The notes under the pieces were generated by a model. The model was not told the origin of the DNA. It saw only the letters and a list, made by a program, of their open reading frames with translations, and ran no database searches. The position numbers were made by a program, and so were the translations under genes. Shown here piece by piece: positions 13,980-28,377 of a DNA stretch of 64,000 bases (position 1 is the stretch's first letter; every line of letters starts with the position of its first letter). This DNA is from Octopus vulgaris (Eukaryota), in assembly GCA_951406725.2 (NCBI GenBank), contig OX597826.1:19654001-19718000 (forward strand). The letters are read 5' to 3'.

Positions 13980-16963
13980 GCAATTGCAGCTACTATCCGA
14001 TTGAGGAAATTTAACCTTGCCACAATTCACTGCATCCCTATTATTATTAATAGTGTTACACACATTCCCACTACTTAATCCTACATTTAATGGGATTCTA
14101 TGTTTGACATTATTACTGATATTCATATCATTAGGATTACTATTGCGAATAGCAGTATCATCCATTAAATTAATATTTGTCGCTACAGGGGTAGTACTAT
14201 TATAACCAGCATGAGGGTTGCTCACGTTCGCACTATTAGATTTATTGCCTCCCCGGTTATAGAGAGGCAAATTTCTGCTACCCAAATTTATCTTTCTATC
14301 ACTATAGAAGCAGTCTAATTTTCTATTATTAAAGGAGGAAATGATGGTGGCTAAATTGTGAGTAAGGCTATACCCTATTCTAATAGTTTTATTGTTAGTT
14401 ATTTGACCAAATTTATTCTTACCTTTCACAAAGTGCTTATACAATAAATTATGGATTATTCTAACTATATCTGTTTTGATTTGCATTGCATATGGGATTA
14501 TTAGCAATAGTGCATCATTATCACTATGTAGGTTATTAATAATAATAGGGATGCAGTGAATTGTGGCAAGGTTAAATTTCCTCATTCGGATAGTAGCTGC
14601 AATTGCAGAAACAGAGATAAATGTGTGTTCAATAATGAATGCCTGAGGAAAGAGGTGGTTTATCAATGCATTGTGAATACACAAGATGATAGTAGGGTGT
14701 ACATTGGTGCGACTAAAAATAGTATGAAACAACGACTAAACTATTATAGATACACTTTTAAAAATAAAAATAGGATGAATTCTACGGGGTTAAGTACTTA
14801 TATTTGGGAACTTAAGAGCAAGAATATAGATTTTGACTTAAATTGGAAAATACTCACTTCCGCACCAGTATATAATAATAGAAATAAAAAATTCTCTTTA
14901 TGTATCAATGAAATTTTCTTCATCATCAAAGCTGGCCTACCCATTATTAATAATATTAATGAGCGGAATTTTTTTTGCCTTCACAGACTAGTGTATACCT
15001 TCTCTAGATTTAAATAGCACCTAGTTTTTCTGCCAGTAATTTTTTAACATTTTTCTATATAGGATTGCGCTCTTGGACGTTATAATTTATAATTTTATAT
15101 CTCCATATATTTATTCTGTATTGATTGTTTTTGTCTTGGCTTGAAAATATATTGAAATATATATGTATATTCTGATATATACATGGTATTTTGATCTTCA
15201 TGGAGTTTTCCGTATCATATCTTAGGCTGTTGGTTTGGGATTTTGTTATACTGATACATAACTAGTATGGGTCTATATTTAGTATACAGTGTTTATTTTT
15301 GGATAAGTATGTATATATATATTTACTTATATTTTGTGTGTATGTGTATGTTTATGTCAGTATGTATATGTATATATATGTATAAGTATATGTTTATGTG
15401 TAGGTGTATGTATTAGTCTATGCATACATGTGTATACTTAGGTGGATATATGTGATTGTATATGTATATATATCTTCCTTGTAAGCTTTCCCATGTATTT
15501 GTTTGGCAGTCTTATATATTAAGTTCTCTTTGTATACATCTTAATTTGTGTTTTATTTATTTATGTTTTTTTTTAATTTTATTTATTTTAATTTTATTTT
15601 TTCTTCTTATTATTACTATTATTATTATTTTCTTTTATTCTATTTTATTTTTTATTCATTATTTATTATTTTTTATCTTTTATTTATTTTTTTAGTTACT
15701 AGCACCTATTAATTTATAATTAATTTATATCTTACATTTTAAATTTAATAATAATTTCTGTTAACATATTGTATATGTATTTATATGTCTTTCGGTTGTC
15801 TGGTTATGCATGAATGTATATATATGCAAAGCTGTGGGCAGACATGTATATCTGTAATTTCGTACATATATGTGGATATGTCTACATATGTGCATGTGTA
15901 TATGTATATGTATATTTATATGTATATATATATATTCATGGGTGGATATATGTGTATATGGTTTTTTTATATATATGAATACATATATGAGTGTGTATGT
16001 ATGTATATGCAAATGTTTGCGGATGCAGTGCATGCGAGTGTATATATGCATATGGCTGTGTGCCGGTGTGTGTGTGTGTGTGTATGTATGTTGGTGCAGT
16101 TTTCCCATGCCTATGCTTGTTTATTAGTGAAGGTTTGAGTAGGAACACAGTCGAAATTGTGGTTATCTGGAAGGTTTAACAGCACGATAAATGTTTACGA
16201 AATATGCAGTGTAATTTTAATTATGTATCTTATGCTAATAACATACTTCGACTGGGTATGGGTGTCTGTTTACATGCATATATATATATTTATGGATATA
16301 TGTGAGTAGTTATGTATGTAAACATATATGTATGTATGTAAGCTTGTATTTCCTGTATTGTGATTTATCCATGTAAATATGTGTAATCGCACATATACCT
16401 GTGTACGTATGTAAGTATTTCTTAACAAACCAACCGTAATGAAGACAATTGAAATTCAAATGTGCCAGCCAATCGTATTGGGCGTTCGATATTTAACTAT
16501 CTCTGAACTTAATACTTTACACATATCACAGTCAAAATTATGGCTTGCACCCGTGTATATGCTTGTGCACCTGCGAAATTTGCTATGATGTAAATTAATG
16601 TTTTTCATTTTTCATTTTATATGTATTTGCCGATCTATAATGCTTTGCATGGTACTGTATTATTGTTGTTGTTGTTTTTGCTATTATGTTGCTAACCGCG
16701 TGATGCGTATATTGTTTTGCTGGTATTAATGTTATTAATAATAATAATAATGATATTAGTAGCAATAGTGGCAATGGTAATAGTAATGATGGTAATATTA
16801 ATGGCATTTTGTAACTTAATATAATGAACTCTTGACTTTGTATATCTGCATTTGAATATAGATATGTGTATGTTTGTATATTGTAATATTTTAATATATT
16901 GTTTTGACCAACTGTAACCTTGAATATAGAACATATGTATGTATACTGCTGTATATTATTATG

Positions 16964-17001
<38 letters not shown>

Positions 17002-17220
17002 AGTATGGGTATATGCACTTATATGTATGTGTATATTATATATTATGGGTATGTACCCACTCTTGTATGGGTGTACCTCCCCTGATATTCATATTTAATT
17101 TAGTTTGTACTTCATAATCTCTGAAGAGGCCTTGGGATATTTTTGTAAGTGTCTCATTTATAACCACATATTAACTTATCGCACATGGCTAATATGAGCA
17201 TAATGAGATACCCATATCTG
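13980..17220 (+). mobile_element. Diverged relative of the Hydra-like PLE with a 5' inversion
   Basis: Plus-strand GIY-YIG ORF 14556-15017 (CNCRNRDKCVFNNECL, VVYQC, VYIGAT). Linker domain inverted on the minus strand at 13980-14530; about 73-bp inverted overlap (13980-14052 / 14534-14606). Long 3' UTR ends in a truncated HHR. Confidence 0.85.
17114..17220 (+). ncRNA. Truncated hammerhead (5' core and long stem II; GAAA half missing)
   Basis: ataatct CTGAAGA ggccttgggatat...gtgtctcatt...aatgagatac...atatc, homologous to 1938-2053 and cut off at 17220 by an unrelated repeat. Confidence 0.6.
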
Positions 17221-17622
17221 TTCAGAAGACAATACAAAAAACGTAGACGGGTCACTCAAAGCCTTCAATCTTCAGTCAAGAACCGGATCATCCTCGCAAT
17301 TTCAGCTGATTAATCTTGAGATTGCTCCAATCTGGCCAGCCCCAAGGAAAAACTAAGCTAAGAGCATCAGATTCCTTGGAAAAAAGCTTCGAATGTATAC
17401 GAAACAAGGACGGAAAAACGGACAATGTTACACGAATATAAATACAAAAATAATACGGAAAAACAATAATAATAATAATAATAACAATAACAGGACATCA
17501 CAATAGGCGTCTTTTTACTTAGACGAATTGAACTCAGCTGGCATGTTAGGAATGTGCCTAGGGGCAGAGAAAAAAAATGTTGATGTTACCACATACATAT
17601 ATATATATATATATACACATAT

Positions 17623-18013
17623 ACTCTTTTACTGCTTTCAGTCATTTTGCCGTGGCCATGCTGGAGCACCACCTTTAGTCGAGCAAATTGAACAAGGACT
17701 TCTCTGTAAGCCTAGTACTTCTTCCATCAGTCCCTTTTGCTGAACCGCTAAGTTACGGGGACGTAAACACACCAACATCGGTTGTCAAGCGATGTTGAGG
17801 TGAGAAACAGACACACAAACATATACACACACACATATGTATAAATATATAGTTGGGCTTCTTTCAGTTTCCGCCTACCAAATCCACTCACAAGGCTTTG
17901 GTCGGCCCGAGGGTATAGTAGAAGACACTTGGCCAAGGTGCCACGCAGCGGGACTGAACCTGGAACCATGTGGTTGGTAAGCAAGTTACTTACTACACAG
18001 CCATTCCTACACC
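17623..18013 (-). mobile_element. tRNA-derived SINE (family A)
   Basis: Reverse strand A-box-like tggctgtgtagt and B-box-like ggttcagtccc, then ttggccaagtgtcttctac. Several copies in the window. Confidence 0.8.
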
Positions 18014-18055
18014 TATATATACATACATATACATATATATATATATAGATGTACG

Positions 18056-18103
<48 letters not shown>

Positions 18104-18301
18104 CATATATATAGATATACATATATATATTCATTTATAAATATACATACATATAAATATACATAGATATATAGATATATATATACATATATATAAACAT
18201 GCATGTATATATACATAGACATATATATATATACATACATAGATATACATATATTTATACATATATATATCTATCTCTATATATATATATATATATATCG
18301 A

Positions 18302-19290
18302 TACGACACACCGGTCTCACACCATTTCCGCTTAACCGGTCACTCCTTGCAACACCTATCTGTGTTCGGTTTGTCCTTACACAGAGGCCATCCGAATTCC
18401 TGTTTGCGCCGTGAACAGGAATTAATCTTCTCTCTTCGCTCTTATACGTCATTTGGTCTCAACTCTCCCCCCCTCCTCATCTAACCCCCCTCTCCCCCTC
18501 CTCACCTATTTTTCCCCCCCGACCCCTACTTCTTCAGTCCTTCATCCTTTCACTCCTACTCCCCTTCCCTTCTTCCCTCTTTCTCCCTCCCTCCTTCCCT
18601 CTTCCCCTTCCCTCTGCTCCCTCACTCCCCTTCTCTCTCCCCCTCTCCCTCTTTCCTCCTCCTCTTCCTTCTCTTCTCCTCACTACACCACACGACTTTA
18701 CACATCACATCATATATGATGTGCCATACTAATACATACACCAACTAATACATACTAATACATACCAAAACATACTAATACATACTAATACATACACCAA
18801 CCCTATACATACACACGTCCAGACCTCTCATACGCACTAATACTCTCTCATACACACACACACACACCCTTATACATACTAATACATACTAATACATACA
18901 CCAACCCTATACATACACACGTCCAGACCTCTCATACGCACTAATACTCTCTCATACACACACACACACACACACACACACCCTTATGTTGGAGTAGGTC
19001 ACTCAACCCTATTATCTCCCCTAATTTCGCTCTCGCATCTCATGTTTGATCTTTGACTCCTGGCCGAAATCAGATCGCCATGTTGATTCGTTAGTTACTG
19101 CACACATTTTTTTTTTCTCTCCTTCTTTCTGTGTTTTTTTTCTCCGTGTATCTTTCTGTTGAAGAGCGTAGGCTCGAAACGTTAAAGACTTGTTTTATTT
19201 ATATTTCCTGAGCGCCATACTAATACAATTGTTTGTTTGTTTTCCACCTGCTTTCGTCTTTTGTCTATTTTCATAAAACTTCCCGTTATA
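18302..19290 (+). mobile_element. 3' fragment of a Neptune-like PLE (GIY-YIG C-terminus and 3' UTR)
   Basis: 18302-18484 encodes PVSHHFRLTGHSLQHLSVFGL...RREQELIFSLRSYTSFGLN, a typical PLE EN C-terminus. Followed by a polypyrimidine tract, an approx. 100-bp duplication (18771-18986), an HHR-like motif and a TA flank. Confidence 0.75.
19151..19188 (+). ncRNA. Variant-core minimal hammerhead-like motif
   Basis: tcttt CTGTTGA a gagc-gtag-gctc GAAA cg T T aaaga. Stems I and II pair; palindromic AACGTT in place of stem III; core deviates from CUGANGA. Confidence 0.55.
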
Positions 19291-19399
19291 TATCTATATA
19301 TATATATATATACATATAATGGAGGGAAACCACTATACATATAGATATATATACATATATACATACATGTATTTATACGTAGATGTATATATATACATA

Positions 19400-19457
<58 letters not shown>

Positions 19458-19515
19458 CACATCTATATATATAACATGTTCATGTATATATATACATATA
19501 TATATATACATACAT

Positions 19516-19546
<31 letters not shown>

Positions 19547-19957
19547 CATACATATACTATCAGTCTCTTATGCTGAACTGCTAAGTTATAGGGACATAAA
19601 CACACCAGTATCAGTTGTTAAGCAATGGTGGGGGCAAACACACACATATTTTATATATATATATATATATAATATGATGGGCTTCTTTCACTTTCACTTT
19701 CCATCGACCAAATCCACTCACAATGTGGAGGCAAGAATTCCATACAGTGTACCCAGGCAAGCCATGAACGCAACAAGAGGTGCAGTAAAACAACAGGAAA
19801 GTTAATGGAGAAAGCAGTGTTTGAACATGGAAGATGCATAAGCGCATCTTCTACATACCCTATCCACTTGTTCTCCACTGTCACCTATGCATCTTCTACT
19901 CTCCTTACAAGTTCTATAATTACCAACGAGGTTTTATCATTGTACTCCATCCCAATA

Positions 19958-20309
19958 TTGTGGCTGCATCGTGGTGACCCCCTTCGGTCAGACACTGACC
20001 ATGGGTTTGCACCTAGAGAGTTACCCTCTAAGGCACAAGTCTGGGCAAGGTTGTTTTATGGGAGACCAGCAGTCGCCCATGCATACCGGCCTCCCCTCTC
20101 CACGTCACCGATGTTGTCCAAGGGAAAGGCAAGGGCCGATACAGCTTGGCACCTGTGACGTCGCAACTCATTTCTACAGCTGAGTGAACTGAAGCAACGT
20201 GAAATAAAGTGTCTTGCTCAAGAACACAACACGCAGCCCGGTCCGGGATTCGAGCTCATAACCTCACGATCGTAAGCTCGACGCTCTAACCACTGAGCCA
20301 CGCGCCTCC
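19958..20309 (-). mobile_element. tRNA-derived SINE (family B)
   Basis: Reverse strand tRNA-like head ggaggcgcgtggctcagtggttagagcg...gctcgaatcccgg, followed by gtgttcttgagcaagacactt. Confidence 0.8.
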
Positions 20310-21172
20310 ATGAGCCACATGGTTATTATTGTGTATGTGTTTATACATATGCATCTATTTGTGTACATGTGTTTATGCATATGTATCTATTTGTATGTGA
20401 CTGTGCGTGTGTACATTTATATGGGTCTACACACCTTTGCGTGAGATATTGCTTTGAGTGTGTGAGTTTGGTTATGTGCATGAGTATATGACTATCTAAA
20501 TGAGTATATATGTGTTTATGTGAGTATTGGTGCATATGTATTTGTGTGTTTGTATACGTTGGTGCATTTATCATGATGTGTACCAGTAAATCCTTTGCAG
20601 CATGACGATTTACAATCTGTTTCATAATGTCCTCTCTTATCTAGATACTACAACTCTCTACTCATCTGGCTTTCCTTCTGTGTCAAACCACTTGACCTAT
20701 CATCACATTGTTTCGTTACTAACCCCATATTGTTAAATATATCACTATGTGCACCTTTTGTTACAGACAACAGGTGCACTATCCTGCCTCCCCTCTTTCT
20801 ACAGAATGCTTTATATATGTTGAGTATTTATATAAAATGCTTGGGAGAGGGTCCAAATTTTGACTGTCTGAGGACATGTTCTGTAGAGTTCATTGCTTTA
20901 TTTACTACATTTATAAACTGAATTTATGAATTACATGTAAAACTGAATTTATGAATTACATGTATAATGTAACAGTGTTAATTAATTACCAAATACAAGA
21001 ACATGTGTAACAGATAAAATAAAGGAATACCAAGTTCATGTTTTATGTTTTCCTCTCGTCATACAGACATACATACACATGACATGATGTAGAATGCTGT
21101 GTACTGTAATAGAGGCCACAGTTCACAATAGGATTAAAAATACTTACCAACAATAAGATTAAAAGTACTTAC

Positions 21173-21224
21173 ATACATGACTCCACAAAGGTTAAAGCAG
21201 CAGAGGCACACTTGGAAATGCAGC
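21173..21224 (-). CDS. Host Cys-repeat gene, exon 7 (phase 1-2): (G)CISKCASAALTFVESC
   Basis: Acceptor ttttctttcttgcaag, donor gtaagt, 52 nt. Phase and C-x3-C...C pattern match exons 1, 3 and 5. Linkage across the 23.4-kb intron is inferred. Confidence 0.62.
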
Positions 21225-21986
21225 CTTGCAAGAAAGAAAAAAACATGCATAATGAGTTTTAATATGAATTGCTGAAATAAGAGATTGCATTTGCATTTTT
21301 CTTACTACCGTCATATGTTTAAATTACTATTATATATCTGTTTTTGCTTATTTTGTTTTGTCTTTAAGGCATTTGAAAGTGGAAATAGAATAAAAAACAG
21401 AAATATACAAAAGAGAAATTTAACAAATATTTGAAAAGAGATATTACAAATAGGACAGAAACAAATTATACATACAAATGATTTACAAATAAACTGTGGA
21501 AAATAAATAAATAAATGCCTATAAAAACAGAAAGAAATACAGCTACAAAACAGAATTAAACACAGGCAAAAATAAAGGTATATATTTTTGAAATCATAAT
21601 TATAAAGGGACATAAAACTTGGTGTCTCAGACAAATCATAAATGAACATAATGAGATGTTCTAAATTATTAACATTGAGAAAAAATAGTACCAGTAATAT
21701 AAAGAGTCGACTGAACCAGCTGATAACAAGATTTACAAAGTATTCTTCAGATTCAAAAAGTAAAACACTTCTGCTTGTTTGTCATGAAACTTCACTAAAA
21801 TTGATTTCACAAAAATTACCAAATGTAATTGCTCCAAATGTGCACAAATGAATTCATAATTGTTGACTTAAATGATTCAAAAGTTTCAATGAGAGCAATA
21901 ACCATTAATAGATTTATTTGTTTTCCATGTGGCAGTAGTGTTAAATACTTCCAGACTACCATTATTATAATTCAATATCTATACTC

Positions 21987-24900
21987 CAGGCCTTCATGGA
22001 AAAAGAAGAAAACTGGAAGAGACAATGCTTAAAAATGAAAATACAACCCTTGAAGAGATCACAGAAATAATAAATACAGGAGGAGAAGAGAAATTAATTG
22101 TCTTCGTGGAGGGTAGAAAACCCAGATGTTTTAACTGTGGGTTGAAAGGCCACATCAGGGCGGAATGCAAACCGGAAGGAGAAAAAAAACAAGAAGAAGA
22201 AAAACCAGAAGTAACAGTTGAAACGCCAGCACCAATAATACCAATATTGACAGAAGAGAGTGAAGAGAAAGACAGAGAGGAGGGGTGGTCGACTGTGTTT
22301 AAAAATATGAGGATAAAAAAAAACACAGACCACCCCTACCAAACTGAATCGAAAAAAGAAAAAAGAGCAAGAAAAAGATTCAAATTACATGGCCATTAAG
22401 GCAGTTATTTCATCTGCCAAACGGGTTGGAAATGCAAAATTGAAAGACTTTATAATGTACAGGATAGGCCGGAAGGATTACAAAAGTCCGAATTCTTTCA
22501 CGACGTAGGCCCCCTCAGAATGGATTTTTCTCCATATATTTATGAGGGCTTATGTCCAAATACCTCATGAGCCCTGGCAAAGGATAAAGAAAAAGAAGAG
22601 AAGAAAGAAGGAACGTTGAACCACTGATACAGGGGTAAGTAATGTCGAGCATTCATGTAGGTTGTCTAAATGTGCATGGCCTGGGGTCGAGCTGAAAGCA
22701 AGGCTGCTTCCTTAACAACATCAGCTCACATAATTTGGATGTCATTGTTGCTACAGAAACCTGATTAAGGGGGCCAAGTGATCTGCTCCACTGTTGGACG
22801 GCTACGAGAGTTTTTTCTCTCCAGGCGGTCCTTCTAGTGGAAGCAGAATGTTGGTTCAGTTAAAAAGAAACCAGGTTTCTGAGAAAAAGTTAATTTTTTC
22901 AGATCCAGAAGGTAGGCTGGTCATCATGGACTTGACATTCAGCTGTGGTAAATTTATCAAACTGGTTGCAATTTACGCACCCACATCAACTGGGCATAGT
23001 GAATATTTTCGGAATCTAGAGAAGTTTCTTGGTACATCACATTCTTTAGTTGTGCTAGGAGACTATAACACAATTTACGAGGCACGTGTAGCTTATGTTG
23101 GCTCGTATAAAGATAGAAAATGTAATCCCTGCTTTCTGGAACTACTAAGTCACTTTGAACTAGCAGATCCTTATAAGTTGGAATTTCCAAATGCTCCATT
23201 GTGGACTTGGTCAAATAGCAACGGATCTTCCAGGTCATACCTAGATAGAGTGCTAATTAGAAAAGCAGATAGAAATATAGCTAGGTGTCCACAGTTTCAT
23301 CTGGTCAGCTACAGTGATCATAAAATGGTCACCTGTAAGCTTGACATAGATAAGTTACAGAGAGGCTCCGGCTACTGGAAACTTAATACGTCCCTTTTGG
23401 CGATTAGGGAGTACAGAGACTGGATTAAGTTGATGATTCAGAGGGCATTAACCGGTTCCATTATTAATAATAAATGGTGGTATGCCCTCAAGTGAGCCAT
23501 AAAATTTGAGTCTATTAGATATAGCATAGGTTTAGTGGCTAGAGAGGCTAGGAAGGATTTAGCTTTAGTTAAGGATTTAGAGGAAGCAATGAAAACTGGC
23601 TCTGCGACTCAATGGCCATGAGAATGGTGTTGCATTGTCAGGGCTAGGATTCGTGCAGTGAGTTGTGAGGGAATCAAGGCTGCAGGATGGGCCTGAGTAG
23701 TGGAAGCTCAATATGGTAATGATGCCATAATACGATCCTTGACGAACCAACAAGGTAAGTTTATAGACAAGCCAGAGGAGATGTGTGAGGCTTTTCAGGA
23801 GCACTTCGCCCAGGTTTTCAGTGGGGGTGGTAGGCCGGATAGTAGTAGGGACCTAACGAACTTCCTCGCCAGGCTGTCGCATGTATAGGGGCAGGTCGTG
23901 GAGTACTGTAAAGAGCCAATCACACCTGAGGAGGTAATTGGGGCCATGGCGGATTGCAATGCGGGTAAGGCGCCAGGACTGGATGGTCTACCCTATGAGC
24001 TGTATAAGAGTATGCCAGACTTGTTCGGACACCTGCTGGCAAATGTTTATGCAAACTGGCAACAGAACGGGTTTATTCCCAGATCTGTGTGCTGGGGAGT
24101 GGTGACGCTTGTCAGAAAGGACCCAGTCAAGGGGGATTCCGTTGATAATTTTTGGCCCATCACTCTGCTAAATGCAGAGTTGAAGATTTTGGCCAAAGTT
24201 TTATAGAAAAGATTGGTACGTGTCGTGGATGGTCTGTTCAGGGAGGCACAGACATGTGCCTTACCTGGAAGAACCATCCAGGATAATCTCCATCTTCTAT
24301 GCTACACTATAGAGGGGTTTAATAGTAATTCTGGCAAGGGTGGGGCACTGATCCATTTAGACCAATCTAAGGCATTTGATAGGGTTGACCATCGCTACCT
24401 GGTGTCCATTCTGGCACAGTTCAGCCTGAGTCTGGCTTCCTCAGGTGGATCATTCAGATTTACGATAACATCAGCTTGGTGGTTCTGGTTCAACATCAAA
24501 TGCTTGGTTCATCAAGGGTGTCCGCTCTCCCTGCTTTTGTATGTGATGGCTCTTGAGCCAATACTGTGAAAATTGAGCAGCATCCTGAGACAGCCAGGTA
24601 GTGGAAAATCGATTTCAGCCTACACGGATGACATCACCATCATTGTAACCGAAATGGAACACCTGCAGAGGGTAGGCAAGGCCATTAAGGTTTATGAGAT
24701 GGTGGCAGGGGCAAAAAGTTAATCGTGAAAAGTCAGTCAGCTTGCAGCTTGGTACCTGGAGAGGCAAGTCAATGCTTCTTGACAGCATCGTGGGACGTTG
24801 GACGGAGGGACTGATCAAGTTGCTAGGAGTTTGGTTTGGACCAAACCTCCAAATAGAGAACTGGGCCGAGGTAGTGAGCAGGGTGACCTGTATAACCAAG

Positions 24901-26070
24901 ACTTGTCTTGGCGGCGGCTATACCTGAAAGAGAGGGTGGAAGTAGCCAATGTGTTCATCGCATCGGTCATCACCTACCGCCTAACCATCGTTCCTTGCCC
25001 TGATTTGTGGTTGATCAAGCTGGAAAGACAGCTCTTCAACTTCTTGTGGAAGGGCTCGAAACTGCTTGTGAGATGCTCTATTTGCTGCCAACAACCGTTA
25101 AAGAGTGGGCTAGGGATGCCTTGGCTATTGATGCACAGAGATGCACTGAGGTTGAGGCATCTGTGGCTCTACCTGGATGGTGAACAGGTGTGGTCTCTGC
25201 TGGTGAAATGGATGTTTCCCAAGTTCATTAGTCTTGGTGGATGGGAATCCTGGTTCTATCGAAGATTGAAGTTTGGTACATGGTTCTCCTGCTATTCCGT
25301 CACTCAGGCAATGCCTGCAGTGGAGGTTCCACTGCATTCTTTTATAGAGGGCTTGTAGAGGCGAAATGTGATGATATCTTAGGGAAAAACCTTAGGTCTC
25401 GATGATAATCAGCCGGCCAGTCTGTTCCAATGTACATTCCGGCCGAAGACTCTGGACAACTTTTAGAAGTCTCTGGCATGGCAGTGTTACCAAGGAGCTT
25501 TACCTGTTCAGGACAAGCTCACAAGGCATGGTGGCCACGGCCCTGCAACCTGTCCAAGATGTGGGTGGGATAGGGAACCGTCCCTCATGCTATTGCTCAG
25601 TGTCCGGAGGCGTCAGATGTGTGGATTTATGATGAACAACTGTTGTCAAGTGCAGGAAGAATACAGTTATTGACTGAGTCCATACTAAAAATTGACACGC
25701 CCGATTTCCTTTCGAAAGAAGGTGAGAATTGTTTTCTCAATGTAGTAGCAATTGTGAGAGAGGTAGTTTGGAAGACAAGGCAGAAAACCGTTGGAAGAAT
25801 GTAGCATGGATGTTGCGGGTGAATGTGACTGCATGAATGTGACACAGTATGTATCACAGGTATCAGTGGCGAGGGGTCCGAATTAAACCCGCCTCCCCAC
25901 TCCATCTGTAATGTCTTCCAGTTCGTCCAATTATCCAATTTTTTGACATTTTTGTTATTTTGTCATAAAATTTTTATATTCATTTTTATGTTATAAACAT
26001 TCATCCATCTGACCCCAAATCAGATTTCAATGTCCATTTCTATATTGTCCCCTGGTGGTAAATAAAAAAA
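21987..26070 (+). mobile_element. Degenerate L1/Tx1-group LINE
   Basis: ORF1 CCHC knuckle CFNCGLKGHIRAEC. ORF2 from about 22642 with APE motifs (GCLNVHGL, IYAP, LGDYN, SYLDRVL, SDH) and RT motifs (KAPGLDGLP, LDQSKAFDRVDH, QGCPLS, YTDD), then a C-terminal CPRCG. Many stops; A-rich end. Confidence 0.9.
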
Positions 26071-26488
26071 TCAACAGGACAATATAATGGATTTCAAGAT
26101 TCTAATACTAAAGTGTACTTACCAAAATCAAAAGCAGTAATTTTTAATTTATATTGCAAACAAACACCATTTTATAGTATTACTTCATACTTTTAAGAAA
26201 CTACCATTCGATAAATTATACAAATTTCACATTTTATATCTCTGAGGAGCAGCAGAGTTGTCTATAAATGCTTATCAATATAGAATTCCATTATACGGAC
26301 AACACTTCTGCAAAATAATCGTAAGATGCTTTATTTATAATTATATATTCATACTTGTACATATTTATATATATGTATATTTTTAATACAATTATTCTAC
26401 ACACACACATATCTTTTGGAAGAATTTTCTGATATGGATTTCCTGATATTATTAAAAATATATTATATAGTATATATCTATATATACA

Positions 26489-26531
<43 letters not shown>

Positions 26532-26536
26532 TTTTT

Positions 26537-26574
<38 letters not shown>

Positions 26575-26741
26575 CATAAATATATATATATATATATATA
26601 TACATAAATATATATATACATATATACATAAATATATATATACATATATACATAAATATATATATACATATATATACATAAATATATATATACATAAATA
26701 TATATATATATACATAAACATATATATATATATATACACAC

Positions 26742-26825
<84 letters not shown>

Positions 26826-27211
26826 ATTTAATTTATGTATGTAAGCATTTCGATATGTAAATAAACAGATCAACATACAGACGGAGAGGTACATAGGTTA
26901 CAAGAACAGACATGTATGGAGACACGAATCCACACACATAAAGATGCACATCCATACATACAAACATGGTACATAGTTACATAACACACAAACACACAGA
27001 TATGCACACACAAGGAGACAGAGGTGCATACATATACAAACACATGCTCACACACACATATATAGAAAATACACAAACACGGACAGGCAAGCACATAAAT
27101 ATGCAGGATACGTACATACAGATGCAAACGCATACATATGCATACACACACATACATACATACACATGCAAACACACACATACATACATATGTACATGCA
27201 TGCATGTATAG

Positions 27212-27251
<40 letters not shown>

Positions 27252-27518
27252 ACCCACATGCATGCGCACAAACAAACAAAAGAGAATGCAGTGTAAATAA
27301 CGGACAGAGTCAAGACTATTGAAAAGGTTGCAAGGCGCAAAGAAAATTTTAGGACAATAAGATTAAGACATAAGTGGAAACTTTACTGGTGAGTGTGTTA
27401 AATAGTAAGGCACTAAAAGAGAATGACTCTCCCCAGACACAACAGTATATACATAAACATATATATAAATATATCTATATATATATATAATATATCGATA
27501 TATATATACGTAAGTATA

Positions 27519-28377
<859 letters not shown>

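Noticed and set aside
17221-17580. Minus-strand repeat with CTGATGC...cagctGAAA resembling a hammerhead
   Set aside because: The core is not CUGANGA and I could not build stems I and III; left as an unclassified repeat.
20230-20309. tRNA-like sequence
   Set aside because: Continues directly into a SINE body and has a degenerate T-arm and acceptor stem; a SINE head, not a tRNA gene.
26123-26245. Candidate host exon with a good gtaagt donor
   Set aside because: Stops in all frames tested and no fit to the three-Cys exon pattern.
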